Source of the DNA: Candidatus Poribacteria bacterium
GTDB taxonomy: Bacteria > Poribacteria > WGA-4E > WGA-3G
Assembly (NCBI GenBank): GCA_965197475.1
Contig: CBDANF010000002.1
Coordinates: forward strand, 256,001 to 320,000
DNA length: 64,000 bases
Reading direction: 5' to 3'
Each line of letters begins with the position of its first letter. The stretch's first letter is position 1. The notes under the pieces are model-generated. The model ran no database searches. It was not told the origin of the DNA and was given only the letters and a program-made list of their open reading frames with translations. The position numbers and the translations under genes are program-made. This document shows, piece after piece, positions 48,948 to 60,237 of this stretch.

Positions 48948-51377
48948 ATGAACGTAACCCTAAATTGGCTGAAAACCTACATTGATTTTAATTTTTCTCC
49001 AGATGAACTCGCGGAAAGATTAACGATGTTAGGCATTGAAGTTGAATCCATCAAGCAACTCGGTGCTGGATTAGAAGGTGTGGTCGTTGGGAAAGTGGCT
49101 TCCATCAGACCGCATCCGAATGCTGATAAACTTGTGCTCTGTCAGGTAGATGTTGGCGGGGGAGATGCGCTTCAGATCGTCTGCGGTGCGCCGAACGTGT
49201 CCGAAGGCATGCTCGCACCTGTCGCAACAATCGGCACAGAATTGCCCACTGGCATTACAATCAAACACGCTAAACTGCGCGGTGAAGAATCGCACGGTAT
49301 GCTCTGCTCAGAGAAAGAATTGGGTATCTCAGATGAAGCAGCGGGACTCATGGAATTATCCTCAGACCTTCCCCTCAGCACCTCGCTCACCAAAGCGTTA
49401 GGATTAGACGATGTGGTATTTGAACTGGAGATAACACCAAATCGTCCGGACTGTCTCAGTATGATCGGTGTTGCTCGCGAGATTCGCGCTGAAACAGGAA
49501 ACGACTTAAAACTCCCACAGATAGACCTCAAAGAAAGCGAAGCAGACATACGAGAAATTACATCTGTAACGATTGAGGCAACTGACCTCTGTCCTCGTTA
49601 TGCGGCGCGCGTTATTCAAGGCGTTAAAATTGATGAATCTCCTGAATGGTTAAAACAACGGCTTGAATCTATCGGTGTGGGTGTTATTAATAATATTGTT
49701 GATATTACTAACTTTGTCTTAATGGAATATGGACAACCGCTGCATGCCTTTGATTATAACAAACTTGCACAAAATTGTATTGTGGTACGCCGCGCAGCAG
49801 AAGGTGAACAAATCACAACCCTTGATGAAGAAGAACGCAAACTCACTCCTGATATGTTAGTTATTGCAGATGCGGAAAAACCTGTGGCACTCGCGGGAAT
49901 TATGGGTGGATATGATTCTGAAATTACTGAGACAACATGTGATGTGCTGCTGGAAAGTGCCAATTTTCAACCCTTAAGTATCCGTGCAACCGCAAAAGCA
50001 TTGGGAATACACACTGAGGCATCATATAGATTTGAACGTGGCGCAGATCCGGAGGTTGTTATCCGTGCTCTTGACCGCGCAGCACAACTGATTGTGGAAT
50101 TGGTAGGTGGCACTATCTGTGAAGGTATTATTGATGTCTATCCGGGACAATCTGAACCGCTGCAGATTCAACTCCGTCAGGAACGCGTCAATTTCATATT
50201 GGGAACCGCATTTGAAGCAACTGAGATAGAGCAGATTTTAAGTCGGTTGGGATTTGGGGTTGAAATGGTGGGACAAGAAGGTCGCGACCGGGAGATCGAT
50301 CCTACAGAAGAAAAAGATGTTTATAATGTCACCGTGCCGACGTTCCGCTCAGATATTACGCGCGAAATTGATCTGATTGAGGAGATCGCTCGTGTCCATG
50401 GCTATGATAACATTCCGACAACGTTGCCGAAGGGTGATATTCCAGTTCCCGTCCCAAACATCTCAGTAGAAGTTCGTAGACGTATAAAGTATTTTCTGCT
50501 TGGGGCAGGCATGATGGAGGCAGTAAATTATAGTTTTAGCCACCCGAACTGCTTTGATAGGATAAGGTTAGCAGAAGACAATCCGCTTCGTGATGCCCTG
50601 AAATTGTGCAATCCGTTGAGTCCAGAGATGTCGATTTTGCGTACGACATTACTGCCGAGCTTACTCCAAAATGCGCAGCACAATCATAATCATCAGATAA
50701 ATAATATCGCACTTTTTGAGATGTCCACAGTGTTCGTGCAAGGCGAAGAACCTGCGCGCGTTGCTGGTATCCTCGCCGGAGAAATTGGGGGTGGTGTATA
50801 CAGCAACCCGTATCGACATCCAGATTTCTTTGACATTAAGGGTATTGTTGAAGGAGTGCTTGAAGTCTGTGGTATTACCGATTACACGTTTGAGAAAACG
50901 GAAGATCCAACCTTCCACCCGGGTCGCAACGCTGAGGTGTTGTTGGGGAATAGACGCATCGGTATTCTCGGAGAGACACACCCGATAGTGCTTGAAAATT
51001 ATGAGCTTCCGTATAAGGCATATCTCTTTGAACTTGACCTTGAAGTACTATCGGACGCAGCCGATTTTTTGAAACGTTTTGAACCGATCCCTATTTATCC
51101 AAGCATCCAGCGCGACATTGCGATTGTGGTAGATCAAGAGATGCAGTCGGATATGCCGATAGAGATTATCTATTCAACCGGGGGAGAGTTGGTTGAATCA
51201 GTCAGACTGTTTGACGTATATGATGGGGATCAGGTACCGAAAGGGAAAAAGAGTCTCGCTTACACTATCACGTATCATTCTGCAACCGAGACGTTGACAG
51301 ATAAGGCGGTTAACGATCTTCATGATAGGGTTGTTAAACGGCTGAACCGAGAACTTGGTGCGGAGCTGCGAATGTAG
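48948..51377 (+). CDS. pheT: Phenylalanine--tRNA ligase beta subunit
   Basis: [44 protein letters not shown]. Confidence 0.98.
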   Translation: MNVTLNWLKTYIDFNFSPDELAERLTMLGIEVESIKQLGAGLEGVVVGKVASIRPHPNADKLVLCQVDVGGGDALQIVCGAPNVSEGMLAPVATIGTELPTGITIKHAKLRGEESHGMLCSEKELGISDEAAGLMELSSDLPLSTSLTKALGLDDVVFELEITPNRPDCLSMIGVAREIRAETGNDLKLPQIDLKESEADIREITSVTIEATDLCPRYAARVIQGVKIDESPEWLKQRLESIGVGVINNIVDITNFVLMEYGQPLHAFDYNKLAQNCIVVRRAAEGEQITTLDEEERKLTPDMLVIADAEKPVALAGIMGGYDSEITETTCDVLLESANFQPLSIRATAKALGIHTEASYRFERGADPEVVIRALDRAAQLIVELVGGTICEGIIDVYPGQSEPLQIQLRQERVNFILGTAFEATEIEQILSRLGFGVEMVGQEGRDREIDPTEEKDVYNVTVPTFRSDITREIDLIEEIARVHGYDNIPTTLPKGDIPVPVPNISVEVRRRIKYFLLGAGMMEAVNYSFSHPNCFDRIRLAEDNPLRDALKLCNPLSPEMSILRTTLLPSLLQNAQHNHNHQINNIALFEMSTVFVQGEEPARVAGILAGEIGGGVYSNPYRHPDFFDIKGIVEGVLEVCGITDYTFEKTEDPTFHPGRNAEVLLGNRRIGILGETHPIVLENYELPYKAYLFELDLEVLSDAADFLKRFEPIPIYPSIQRDIAIVVDQEMQSDMPIEIIYSTGGELVESVRLFDVYDGDQVPKGKKSLAYTITYHSATETLTDKAVNDLHDRVVKRLNRELGAELRM

Positions 51378-51396
51378 GAAACGCTCTCTTAGCATT

Positions 51397-52116
51397 ATGC
51401 AAGCACACCGTATAAAAAACCTATTTTCAGCCATCGCGCGGCACTACGATTTTCTCAACTCGCTGTTAAGCCTTCGGTTCGATCGTGTATGGCGACGAGA
51501 GACGGTCAAAGCAAGTAATGTGACTCCGACAAGTAAGGTACTTGATGTTTGCACAGGCACAGGTGAACTTGCACTTGCGTATGCTGACAAAATAGACATA
51601 GGTGGTTCTGTCATCGGGTCAGATTTCTGCTTTGAGATGTTAGTTGTCGGTAAGCAAAAGGTAGAACGACAAGGAAGGACACACGCCTTTGTACCGATTG
51701 AGGCGGATACCCTGACTCTCCCGTTTGCAGATAACACTTTTGACATTGTCTCTGTCGGTTTTGGTATCCGAAACGTTACTGACCTCAAATTGGGGATCCG
51801 AGAGATGGCACGCGTCGCTGTACCTGGTGGTAGAATTGCTATCTTGGAATTCACGCAGCCTGTTAATCCGGTGTTTCGTAGTCTCTACTATTTCTATTTT
51901 ACGAAGATTTTACCTTTCATCGGCAATTGCATCTCGCGTAACGAGGATGATGCGTACGGATATCTTCCTCGTTCTGTCATGCAGTTTCCGAATTGCGATG
52001 CGTTAAAAAAGGTTATGGAGCAGTGTGGACTTACAGATGTGCAGTATTATCGGAAAACTTTAGGCATCGTTGCGATTCATGTCGGAAAGAAATCTGTGGG
52101 TTATAGTAAAGTGTAG
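51397..52116 (+). CDS. menG: Demethylmenaquinone methyltransferase UbiE/MenG
   Basis: FSAIARHYDFLNSLLS, LDVCTGTG, GFGIRNV, ILEF, AYGYLPRSV. Confidence 0.88.
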   Translation: MQAHRIKNLFSAIARHYDFLNSLLSLRFDRVWRRETVKASNVTPTSKVLDVCTGTGELALAYADKIDIGGSVIGSDFCFEMLVVGKQKVERQGRTHAFVPIEADTLTLPFADNTFDIVSVGFGIRNVTDLKLGIREMARVAVPGGRIAILEFTQPVNPVFRSLYYFYFTKILPFIGNCISRNEDDAYGYLPRSVMQFPNCDALKKVMEQCGLTDVQYYRKTLGIVAIHVGKKSVGYSKV

Positions 52117-52167
52117 GCGCGCTTTGTAAGCGCGCTGTCATGAGAAAACTCCAATAGACCATTATGT

Positions 52168-53130
52168 TTATTGTGCTGCAGCCGCACCGTTTTGCCCAAC
52201 CAAACATTCCACATGCGCTACAACAGATTCAGAGACACCTTCCAAGCTATACCCGCCCTCCAATGCCGAAACAACGTTGCCTGATGCAGTGTCTTCCGCA
52301 ACATCCAGAACCAAATCGGTTAGTGCCACAAAACCCTCAGCAGTTAGATTAATATGGGCAAGCGGGTCAAGGTAGTGCGCATCAAATCCTGCGGATATTA
52401 GAATAAACTCAGGCGAAAAATCCTGTAATGCGGAAATCAGAACATCCTCAAAGACAGCAATGTATTCACTGTCGCCGCTTCCGGGTGGCATCGGCACGTT
52501 TAGCGTAGTGCCACGCGCATTTCCGCTGCCCTGTTCATGTCTTGAACCGGTGCCAGGATAAAGTGGAGATTGGTGAATAGAGAAGAAGAAAACCGATTTA
52601 TCTTCATAGAAGATGTCTTGTGTGCCGTTCCCGTGATGCACATCCCAATCCACGATTGCAACCTTCCCTACACCATGCTCACGTTGAAGATAACGGGCTG
52701 TAACTGCAATGTTATTGAACAGGCAAAAACCCATACTCTGCCCTGGTGTAGCGTGGTGTCCTGGTGGACGCACCATCGCAAAAGCATTTTTCACTTTCTT
52801 TGTTGCTACTGCCTCTGCTGCACACAGCACCCCACCTGTTGAAAGTAGGGCAATGTCATAAGATTCATGCCCGACAGGCGTATCGTATGTAAGCGGAACT
52901 TCCGACTCACAGTATTGGCGGATATGTTCGCTATAGCCAGGGTTGTGCGCGTAAGCGATCTGTTCAATGTTCGCGGGTATTGGGTCAATGTGGTGCAGTT
53001 GCTCCCAAACATCACTTTGTTGGAGTGCTACGAGACTGGCTCTGAGTCGGTCAGGTCGTTCGGGGTGTTCGGGACCTGTGTCGTGGTTAAGGTAGTCTGG
53101 GTGATAGATGAATGCGGTTTTTTGTGGCAT
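52168..53130 (-). CDS. Histone deacetylase family protein (AcuC/AphA-like)
   Basis: HPERPDR, RPPGHHA, GFCLFNN, DWDVHHGNGTQ, SAGFDAH, LEGGY. Confidence 0.93.
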   Translation of the reverse strand: MPQKTAFIYHPDYLNHDTGPEHPERPDRLRASLVALQQSDVWEQLHHIDPIPANIEQIAYAHNPGYSEHIRQYCESEVPLTYDTPVGHESYDIALLSTGGVLCAAEAVATKKVKNAFAMVRPPGHHATPGQSMGFCLFNNIAVTARYLQREHGVGKVAIVDWDVHHGNGTQDIFYEDKSVFFFSIHQSPLYPGTGSRHEQGSGNARGTTLNVPMPPGSGDSEYIAVFEDVLISALQDFSPEFILISAGFDAHYLDPLAHINLTAEGFVALTDLVLDVAEDTASGNVVSALEGGYSLEGVSESVVAHVECLVGQNGAAAAQ

Positions 53131-53164
53131 GATGCTGTAGTTATGCTTCCCCAATTAAACTCTA

Positions 53165-54524
53165 CTGATATTTCTCACAATTGTCTGGATCCTAATGATA
53201 ATCACTACAAACAGGATATTACAATATGAAAATGCGTTTTGACTTTTAAATTTAACTTGAGTTTTATCGCATGAGATATCATCCTAATTATCAAAACACT
53301 ATGTATATTAGGAGAACATCTCATGCAACTCAGCTTATCAAATTAACAGTCTTTTTTCAACAACTTCTTTCTTCACGCTTTCGCACCTTGAAACAACGAC
53401 TGGTAGAGACCATAATGTTGCTGTCATTGTGTCATCTATTTGGATTCTATAACCCGAATCAAGTGTCGGATGCGTTGTCTATACCGAAAGCGAGCCTATA
53501 TCGGCATCTGAACGAGGTGCGTCTTTATCAGTGGCAGCACCTATTTGTGCGTCTCAGATGTTCTGTTGCACTACAGGAAATCCGGGATACCGAATCGAAA
53601 AGTGCTTCAACGCAATCACGGCGTTGTCCCACGCTGAGTGTCGATGATACGCATAACGAACGAGACGCAGAGAAAGTGTCCTACTGCTTCAATTGGTGGT
53701 CTACTCAAGCGAACCGCCCCGTAAAGGGACAAAATATATTGGGCATCACAATCAAGATTGGAAAACCAACGTTCCGCTGAATATGTGCTTTGTCAGCAAA
53801 CAAGGGAGAGGCAATACGGATAAACCCTCCTGTTTTGTCTTTCTGCTCAAAGAAATACTGGATTTCTTTGAGCAGAAAGGGTAGATATTCGAAAATATCC
53901 AATTACCTTCGATTCATGGTATGGCAGTCGTCAACTGATTGACATCTTGCAAAAGATGAACTTTGAGACGATCCTGATACATGGTAAAAACATGGTAAAA
54001 ACAACTATGTGATGACTATCGGTGAAAAACCACGAAACTTTCGGCATATAAAAAGTCAGGACAACTGCTTCCAGATCAATGGGGGTGTGGTAGTAAACTG
54101 GTCTGTCGCACCAAAGCCACAAGTCCTACATTTGGAGATGTCGTGCTGTTGTTCTTTTCAGACAGCGGGAAAATACAAACAATGATGGTTTTTGGCAAAC
54201 CCTTGCAGGCGTGTGAGATACGCAGAATTTGGTCTCAACACCACGGAATAGAACAGTATTGGCGACATCTGAAAACAGACCTAAACCTCACACCCATGAG
54301 TCTAAAAGGACAAAATGGTGCGTATGCGAACTTAGGCGTGAAAGTGATGAGCTATCTCTTGATACAGCAGGTCAGTCGTTCCGTGCGAAAAACCTTTCAT
54401 CAAATTCAACTTGAACTTTCTGGGCAAAGACAGATTTTGTCTACTATCAGCGCGCATTTTCATGAACAAATACCAAGAAAACACTGAAAAACATTGATAT
54501 CTGAAGAATTATGATAAATTTCAG
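53165..54524 (+). mobile_element. Degenerate IS4/IS701-like insertion sequence
   Basis: Imperfect TIRs ctgatatttctcacaatt / revcomp ctgaaatttatcataatt enclosing a fragmented DDE transposase. Confidence 0.65.
53271..54487 (+). pseudogene. Fragmented DDE transposase
   Basis: LSVDDT, TFDSWYG (alternate frame) and HHGIEQYWRHLK motifs spread over several frames. Confidence 0.72.
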
Positions 54525-54532
54525 GTAGTTTA

Positions 54533-55155
54533 CCCTCACACATTAAAAACGCTTGAGGTGTTGGGCTTCTTGTGACCGAAATGGTCATCAAGATACGTTA
54601 TCAGCAAACCACCTCAGAGTCTACCGCTCTTTTGGCATCAAGACTGGTGGGGTTGGGACGATCCGTGCAGCTACACGGCACTACCTCAGCAGCTATTTCT
54701 GATGTATTATTTGGTTGATACAACGCCGTATAACGGATGCCTCCGTGTGCTTAAAGGTTCGCATCTCAAACGGCATCCACTCCATGATATATTACCAAAT
54801 GCACACGGTGCGGAACTACAGCGCGTGGAAAATGCTAACCATCCTGCATTTCAACACTTCCCAGGTGAGGTTGACATACCGGTAAACGCTGGCGACCTCG
54901 TTATCGGTGATTCCCGGCTGCTACATGCTTCACACGGTAATCAATCTAATGAACGCCGCACTGTCATAACACTCTGGTATCATCCGTTTTTTTGCGCTGT
55001 TACCTGCAGGAATGCAAGCACATATCGGGAGACTCCGGCAAAGTTTCACTTGGTCGGACGCGGATTGGGCGCGAATTGCCGAACTCGCGCCGGTCTGTGA
55101 AAGCGACGTTGAACCGTTAAAATGGAATCGGAATCCGGGACCTGAACTGAGATAA
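54533..55155 (+). pseudogene. 5'-truncated phytanoyl-CoA dioxygenase (PhyH) family pseudogene
   Basis: LFWHQDW, NGCLRVLKGSH, AGDLVIGDSRLLHA; in-frame TGA near 54573, frameshift in a T7 run near 54990, no 5' end after the IS. Confidence 0.75.
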
Positions 55156-55393
55156 TTGCGTTCCGATATATAGCAAGATTTAATTTGAAAGAAATTGCAT
55201 CTCATGATACACTAATATAGCAAGTAATTTTCGGACTATGATTGTATAATTCTGTAACACAATTATACAGAGGAAAGCGAGATTATTCTTGCTGTCTCAG
55301 TAACCAATACCAATATGGTGAGACTCATTTTTGAATAATAGCCAGTGGATAATGCGCTGGCTTTCAATTGTAGAATGATGAAGGAGGTAATAG

Positions 55394-56191
55394 ATGAAAA
55401 CTACAGTTGCAAGGTTAAAACTTTTATGTGTCAGTTTAATGGTTATTAGCTTGATGTTTGTAGGTATCAGCTCTGCTGAAGTTGACTTTGAAACTTGCGT
55501 CGGAATGTGGCTCTTTGATGAGGGGAATGGTGAAGTAGCCAAAGATTCCTCTGGGAAGGACAATAATGCCACGATTCAAGGTGGTGCAAAATGGGTTAAT
55601 GGCAAGCATGGCAAGGCTTTGAGTCTTGACGGTACGGATGATTACGTGGAAATTGCTCATGATGATTCTTTAAATATTGGAGGTGGACACACGATTGCCC
55701 TTTGGTTTAAATTAGATAGTGTTCCCGCTGCTGCCATGTGTGTTGTGACTAAAGATGATTGGGCACCTGGATTTTGGTGGGATGGGGCTACAATCCGACA
55801 TCACACGCATGACCCACCGGGCATGCTTCACTATGTAGATGCAGCTTGGAATCCAGATACAGAGTGGCACCATATTGCCGCTACTTATGATGGTGAAGCG
55901 TTTGGAGTATATCTGGACGCTGAGCAGATTGGTTCTGGTGTAACTGCAGCAAACTTAGGAAGAAATCCGTTAACGGACAAACCCCTTTTATTAGGTATCT
56001 ATTTAGCTACTGAAGAACATGGTCAGTGGGGTGCGTTTTTTTCTGGAATAATTGACGACGTTGCCATCTTCAATACGGCATTGACCGTTGCTGATATTGA
56101 TACCATCATGACTAACGGATTAGAAACAGTAGCTGGTATTGAGCCTACAGATAAGCTCACAACGACCTGGGCTGCCATTAAAAACTATTGA
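55394..56191 (+). CDS. Secreted LamG-like jelly-roll protein
   Basis: Signal peptide, GMWLFDEG, WHHIAATYDG, GIIDDVAIFN; tail KLTTTWAAIK; AGGAGG SD. Confidence 0.9.
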   Translation: MKTTVARLKLLCVSLMVISLMFVGISSAEVDFETCVGMWLFDEGNGEVAKDSSGKDNNATIQGGAKWVNGKHGKALSLDGTDDYVEIAHDDSLNIGGGHTIALWFKLDSVPAAAMCVVTKDDWAPGFWWDGATIRHHTHDPPGMLHYVDAAWNPDTEWHHIAATYDGEAFGVYLDAEQIGSGVTAANLGRNPLTDKPLLLGIYLATEEHGQWGAFFSGIIDDVAIFNTALTVADIDTIMTNGLETVAGIEPTDKLTTTWAAIKNY

Positions 56192-56444
56192 CCTACTCCT
56201 TAAACCTAAAGATTGCGTTGATTGGCAATTTTCCGATGTTGCGGGCAAGTTTACGCCTTGCCCGCGCCCTGATGGACGGGAAGGGTAGGCGGGCAAACCC
56301 CGGGCGACCAAGCAGGGGAATGCTTATTTAGCGGCAGACGGCTTTTTGAAATCTGTCTCTATATTGATGGTGACAAGACTGAGTGTGGTTCAATACTGGC
56401 CACCCTCGGCCTTGTCAAGGTATCACTAAGCGGGAGAAGTTTTT

Positions 56445-57203
56445 ATGTCACAAAACCCGATTTTTCATAGTTACACCTTCGGCGATCAAGAGCGTAAAGA
56501 ATTAGATCATGATGGACATTATGTTCTTCCCGGACTTTTGACTGCTGATGCTCAGGAGCGATTGACAGAATCGTTGGCACGGATTCAATCACTCATACCC
56601 GGTTGTAAAGAAGGATATGAACCGAATCGATTCTCTGCTGAATATGATAGTTATCTCGAAAGTCTGATACCGCATCCTCAGATGCTTAAACTCGCGCGTG
56701 AAGTGCTTGGCGAAGAGATTCGATATGACCACTGCGTTAGCCTAAATCGCCCCGGTGGCAATGGCGGTATCGGTTGGCATAGCCACGGATACTCTGAAGA
56801 TGATCCTCGCTACGGTTTCGTCCGAATCTTTTTCTATGTTAATGGATTTGAGGCAGATGATGGTGGTTTGAAAGCAGTTCCTGGGAGCCATCTTTACCGA
56901 GATCCAAAAATTCACGGTGCGACTGATGAGGCACTGCGTGAAGGTTGGTTGGTAGGAAAAACCCATTCAGAGACTGGAGAACCGTTAGAAATTGAGACGT
57001 TATCAGTGCCACCGGGAACAGTCGTATTGATGTGGACTCATGCGGCACACGCAGTTAATCCAAGAAAACCTGATAGTGACACACGATGGACAGTCGTTTA
57101 CGCCTATCGCAATCCCGGTAAAGATGCTGGTGCGCGGTGGATCACTCCCGAATTTGAGCGAAAGCATATCCCTGGTGCTGAAGGATTGATGTCCCTATAT
57201 TGA
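56445..57203 (+). CDS. Phytanoyl-CoA dioxygenase (PhyH)-like protein
   Basis: GWHSH, GGLKAVPGSH, PGTVVLMWTHAAHA. Confidence 0.82.
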   Translation: MSQNPIFHSYTFGDQERKELDHDGHYVLPGLLTADAQERLTESLARIQSLIPGCKEGYEPNRFSAEYDSYLESLIPHPQMLKLAREVLGEEIRYDHCVSLNRPGGNGGIGWHSHGYSEDDPRYGFVRIFFYVNGFEADDGGLKAVPGSHLYRDPKIHGATDEALREGWLVGKTHSETGEPLEIETLSVPPGTVVLMWTHAAHAVNPRKPDSDTRWTVVYAYRNPGKDAGARWITPEFERKHIPGAEGLMSLY

Positions 57204-57243
57204 AGGTAGCAGCACCTTCTACCGTGCCTTAACGCAAAGTAGC

Positions 57244-58660
57244 ATGCCACAAAAGAAACCCCATATTCTATTACTCATCAACGACGAACACCGCCCCGAT
57301 GTATTGCCAATCGAAGAGAACACGGTTATCCGCACACCGGCACTTTCTCGGTTTATGGATGAGGGCACATACTTTCGTAATGCCTACACACCTTCGCCAG
57401 TCTGTGTTCCTGCCCGACAGAGTTTCCTTTCTGGACTCTATCCTCGCAACTGCGGCTGCTTAAACTTCGGTGACCCAATGCCGACAGAAGTCCGAACTAT
57501 TCCAGGACATCTCGGCAACTATGGATATTATTCATGTTGCGCGGGGAAGATGCACTTTGTCGGAAGTGATGTAATGCACGGTTGGCACGAACGTATTGGG
57601 CGCGATATTGTTGGTAATAACGGATACCCGTATCGTGCTGTTAAGGATGAACACACCGCACAGATTGAACGAGAGCCAGGTACAGGAATGAAACGGGACA
57701 AGACCGCACAAGAGATACGAGATGTGCAACCGGGTATTGGACATTGGATGCTCCATGATCAATACAATGTGGACGGTGCGCTGCAATTCCTTGATGAATA
57801 TTTTGTCAATGCCTCTTATGATCGTCCCAGATCAAATCCGCTCTGTATGGCGGTAAGCCTCATAGCACCACACTATCCGTATCAGTGTCCACTTGACCTG
57901 TTCAACTACTACATGCAGCGTGTGGAACCGATTGTTGAAGAACCGAACGAGAAGTTTGGATATGATAATTTTTTCAGAGTGCAAGTAAATAAAGATGTTA
58001 CCTACCGTCAAGCACACCGGACGACCGCGGCTTATTATGGAATGATTGAGTGGATGGATGCCCAGTTTGGACGAGTGATTGAGAAAATGGAGCATCTGAA
58101 TGTGCTTGACGATTTTATCATCGTGTTTCTCTCCGACCACGGTGAGATGCTTGGCACAAAAGGACTGTGGGAGAAACAGAGTTACTTTGAGGCATCGGCA
58201 CGGGTGCCGCTTTCAATCTGGTATCCAAAAAAATTCGGACGAGAACCGAGAATCGTTGAGCAGAATGTGTCGTTAGTTGACCTCTTTCCAACGTTGTGTG
58301 AGTTAGCGGAAATCCCAGCCCCTGATGAACTTGATGGAAAATCGCTTGTGCCGCTGATTGAGGGAAATCCTGTTGAGTGGGATGACACAGTGTATAGTGA
58401 GTTGTGGCGTGCACAAAACGGACCTTCTGTGATGGTAAAAGAGGGTAGTTTGAAGTATTTCCGTTTTGACAACGATAAGGGATGGCCTGATCAACTTTTT
58501 GATCTCTCCAAAGATCCAGACGAACGAAACAATCTGATAGACAATCCTGATTATGCTGATGCACTTTCAAGGCTTAAGGAAAGCAGACGCATTACCACCA
58601 CCTCGCCAGAAAGATAAAAATAACTGCTTCATTGACCCACATAACCCTATTCTTGAATAG
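57244..58660 (+). CDS. Sulfatase (choline-sulfatase-like); probable frameshift near 58580
   Basis: DEHR, CVPARQSFLSG (CxPxR), GKMH, PHYP, SDHGEMLG, WEK; alternate frame continues ADALPPPR...ILE to stop 58660 (track ORF ends 58617). Confidence 0.88.
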
Positions 58661-60099
58661 AATTGGTTTCCTCAGATAAAGATGTTCCGTTAAATAGATC
58701 ATTTAGTTCAAAAAGCAATACTCCTTCTTCTGATGCTCTCTGTATGAGGGAATTCGTAAAGCCACCAGCAGAAAACAAGATATATCTCGGATTCTGCTTC
58801 CATTGATCGGGAACTTTCGCAGCTTTTTGAATGAGACGCTCAAGTACATTTTCTCCGACAGGTTGATTCCACCATTCGCATTCACCAAAAAAGCGGGTTT
58901 CGTCAATGTTCTCTGTTAATATGTCAATTTCAAGATTTGATCCCCAATGTGCTCCAACTTGTTTGGAGGCAACTTTTAGTTTTTCGTCCCAATAGAGGCT
59001 TATGTATTGACGGCAAACGTCTTTGAAAAGTGCTCCCATGTAATCAGAAAGGTGCGGAGCGATCATTTGCTGATATACCAAATCTGCATTCCCAGATTCA
59101 AGGAGACTCCGATTCGGCGACACAAATCGGAACCAAAATTTGACATAGTTATCCGCAATCTTATACAGTCCCTTTCTACTTTTTTGCGGTGCGCCCTCGG
59201 TCAGTGGTGTTTGGCGTTTGATTAACCCTAATTCTCGTAGCACACTCAGATATTTTTCGCGTTCGTCGGGTTAAGTCCGACCCGTTGGGAAATTGCGTTT
59301 AATCGGGTCGCGCCGCCAGCGATTGCTTGCAATACACTTGCGTAAGTTCTGGGATCTCTGAGTTCCATGCGCAGCAGAAAGTTAACTTCGTCGAATAGAT
59401 AGCCTTGAGGGGTGAGCAACTCTTTGATATGTTGTTCTATCGTTCTTTGAGATGTTTCCTGTGAATGTTGTGAAAAACCTAACACGAACCGATTTAAATA
59501 TACTGGGATTCCGCCGAGGATTCCATAAACAATTATCTTCTCTTTTGGAGAATATTTAGGAAAAAACCTTCCACTATCTCGATAAGATAGTGGCATCAAT
59601 TGGAGTTGACCTGTCCGTCTCCCATACAATGGAGATCGTACTGCCAATACCTCACGTTCCATAAAACTTACCTGTGACCCACACAAAATCAGGAATAGGT
59701 TGCTGTTTTTCCATGTAAATCCCAAAATCGTTGTATTAGAGAGGGTAGTGCTGCGTTATCTTCACATAGATATTGAAATTCATCAAGGACAAGGATTAGT
59801 CGTTCTTCTTGAGATTTTTGAGCGAAATAGATAAGTGCAGATTCCCAATCATCAAACGTCAGGTTTTGCAGCAACGGGTCATCAATTACATGCTGTGCTA
59901 CTTCAATCAATTGGCGGAGATGATCATGTTCTTTCAACTGACTTGCAAGAAAATAGATGCGCCGTTTGTTTTTACAAAACTGCAATAGGAGTTCAGTTTT
60001 TCCAACTCGATGCCTACCATACAACACAAAAAATTCTGCATTTCCTGTCCGATACATTTGCTCTAATGCGTTTAATTCTTGTTCTCGGTTTACAAACAT
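58647..60099 (-). CDS. Archaeal-type AAA ATPase with DUF234 domain (two apparent frameshifts)
   Basis: FVNREQEL, YGRHRVGKT, LDEFQY, LCGS, PLYGR, GGIP, FWFRF, EID; breaks in A5 runs near 59708 and 59255. Confidence 0.82.
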
Positions 60100-60237
60100 T
60101 TTTCTAATGAGAAAAACAGAAATGTGGTATAATCGTTTTTGTCAGGATAATACATTGGAATCTTCGTAAAAACGAGATAAATTGTTTGCAAAGTACGCAG
60201 CTCAAACAACATATTCACAGACAAGGAGAAGCTTCAG

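Noticed and set aside
56288-56320. c-di-GMP-I riboswitch (GGCAAAC...GCGA loop)
   Set aside because: The required downstream GACGCAAAGC and second hairpin are missing
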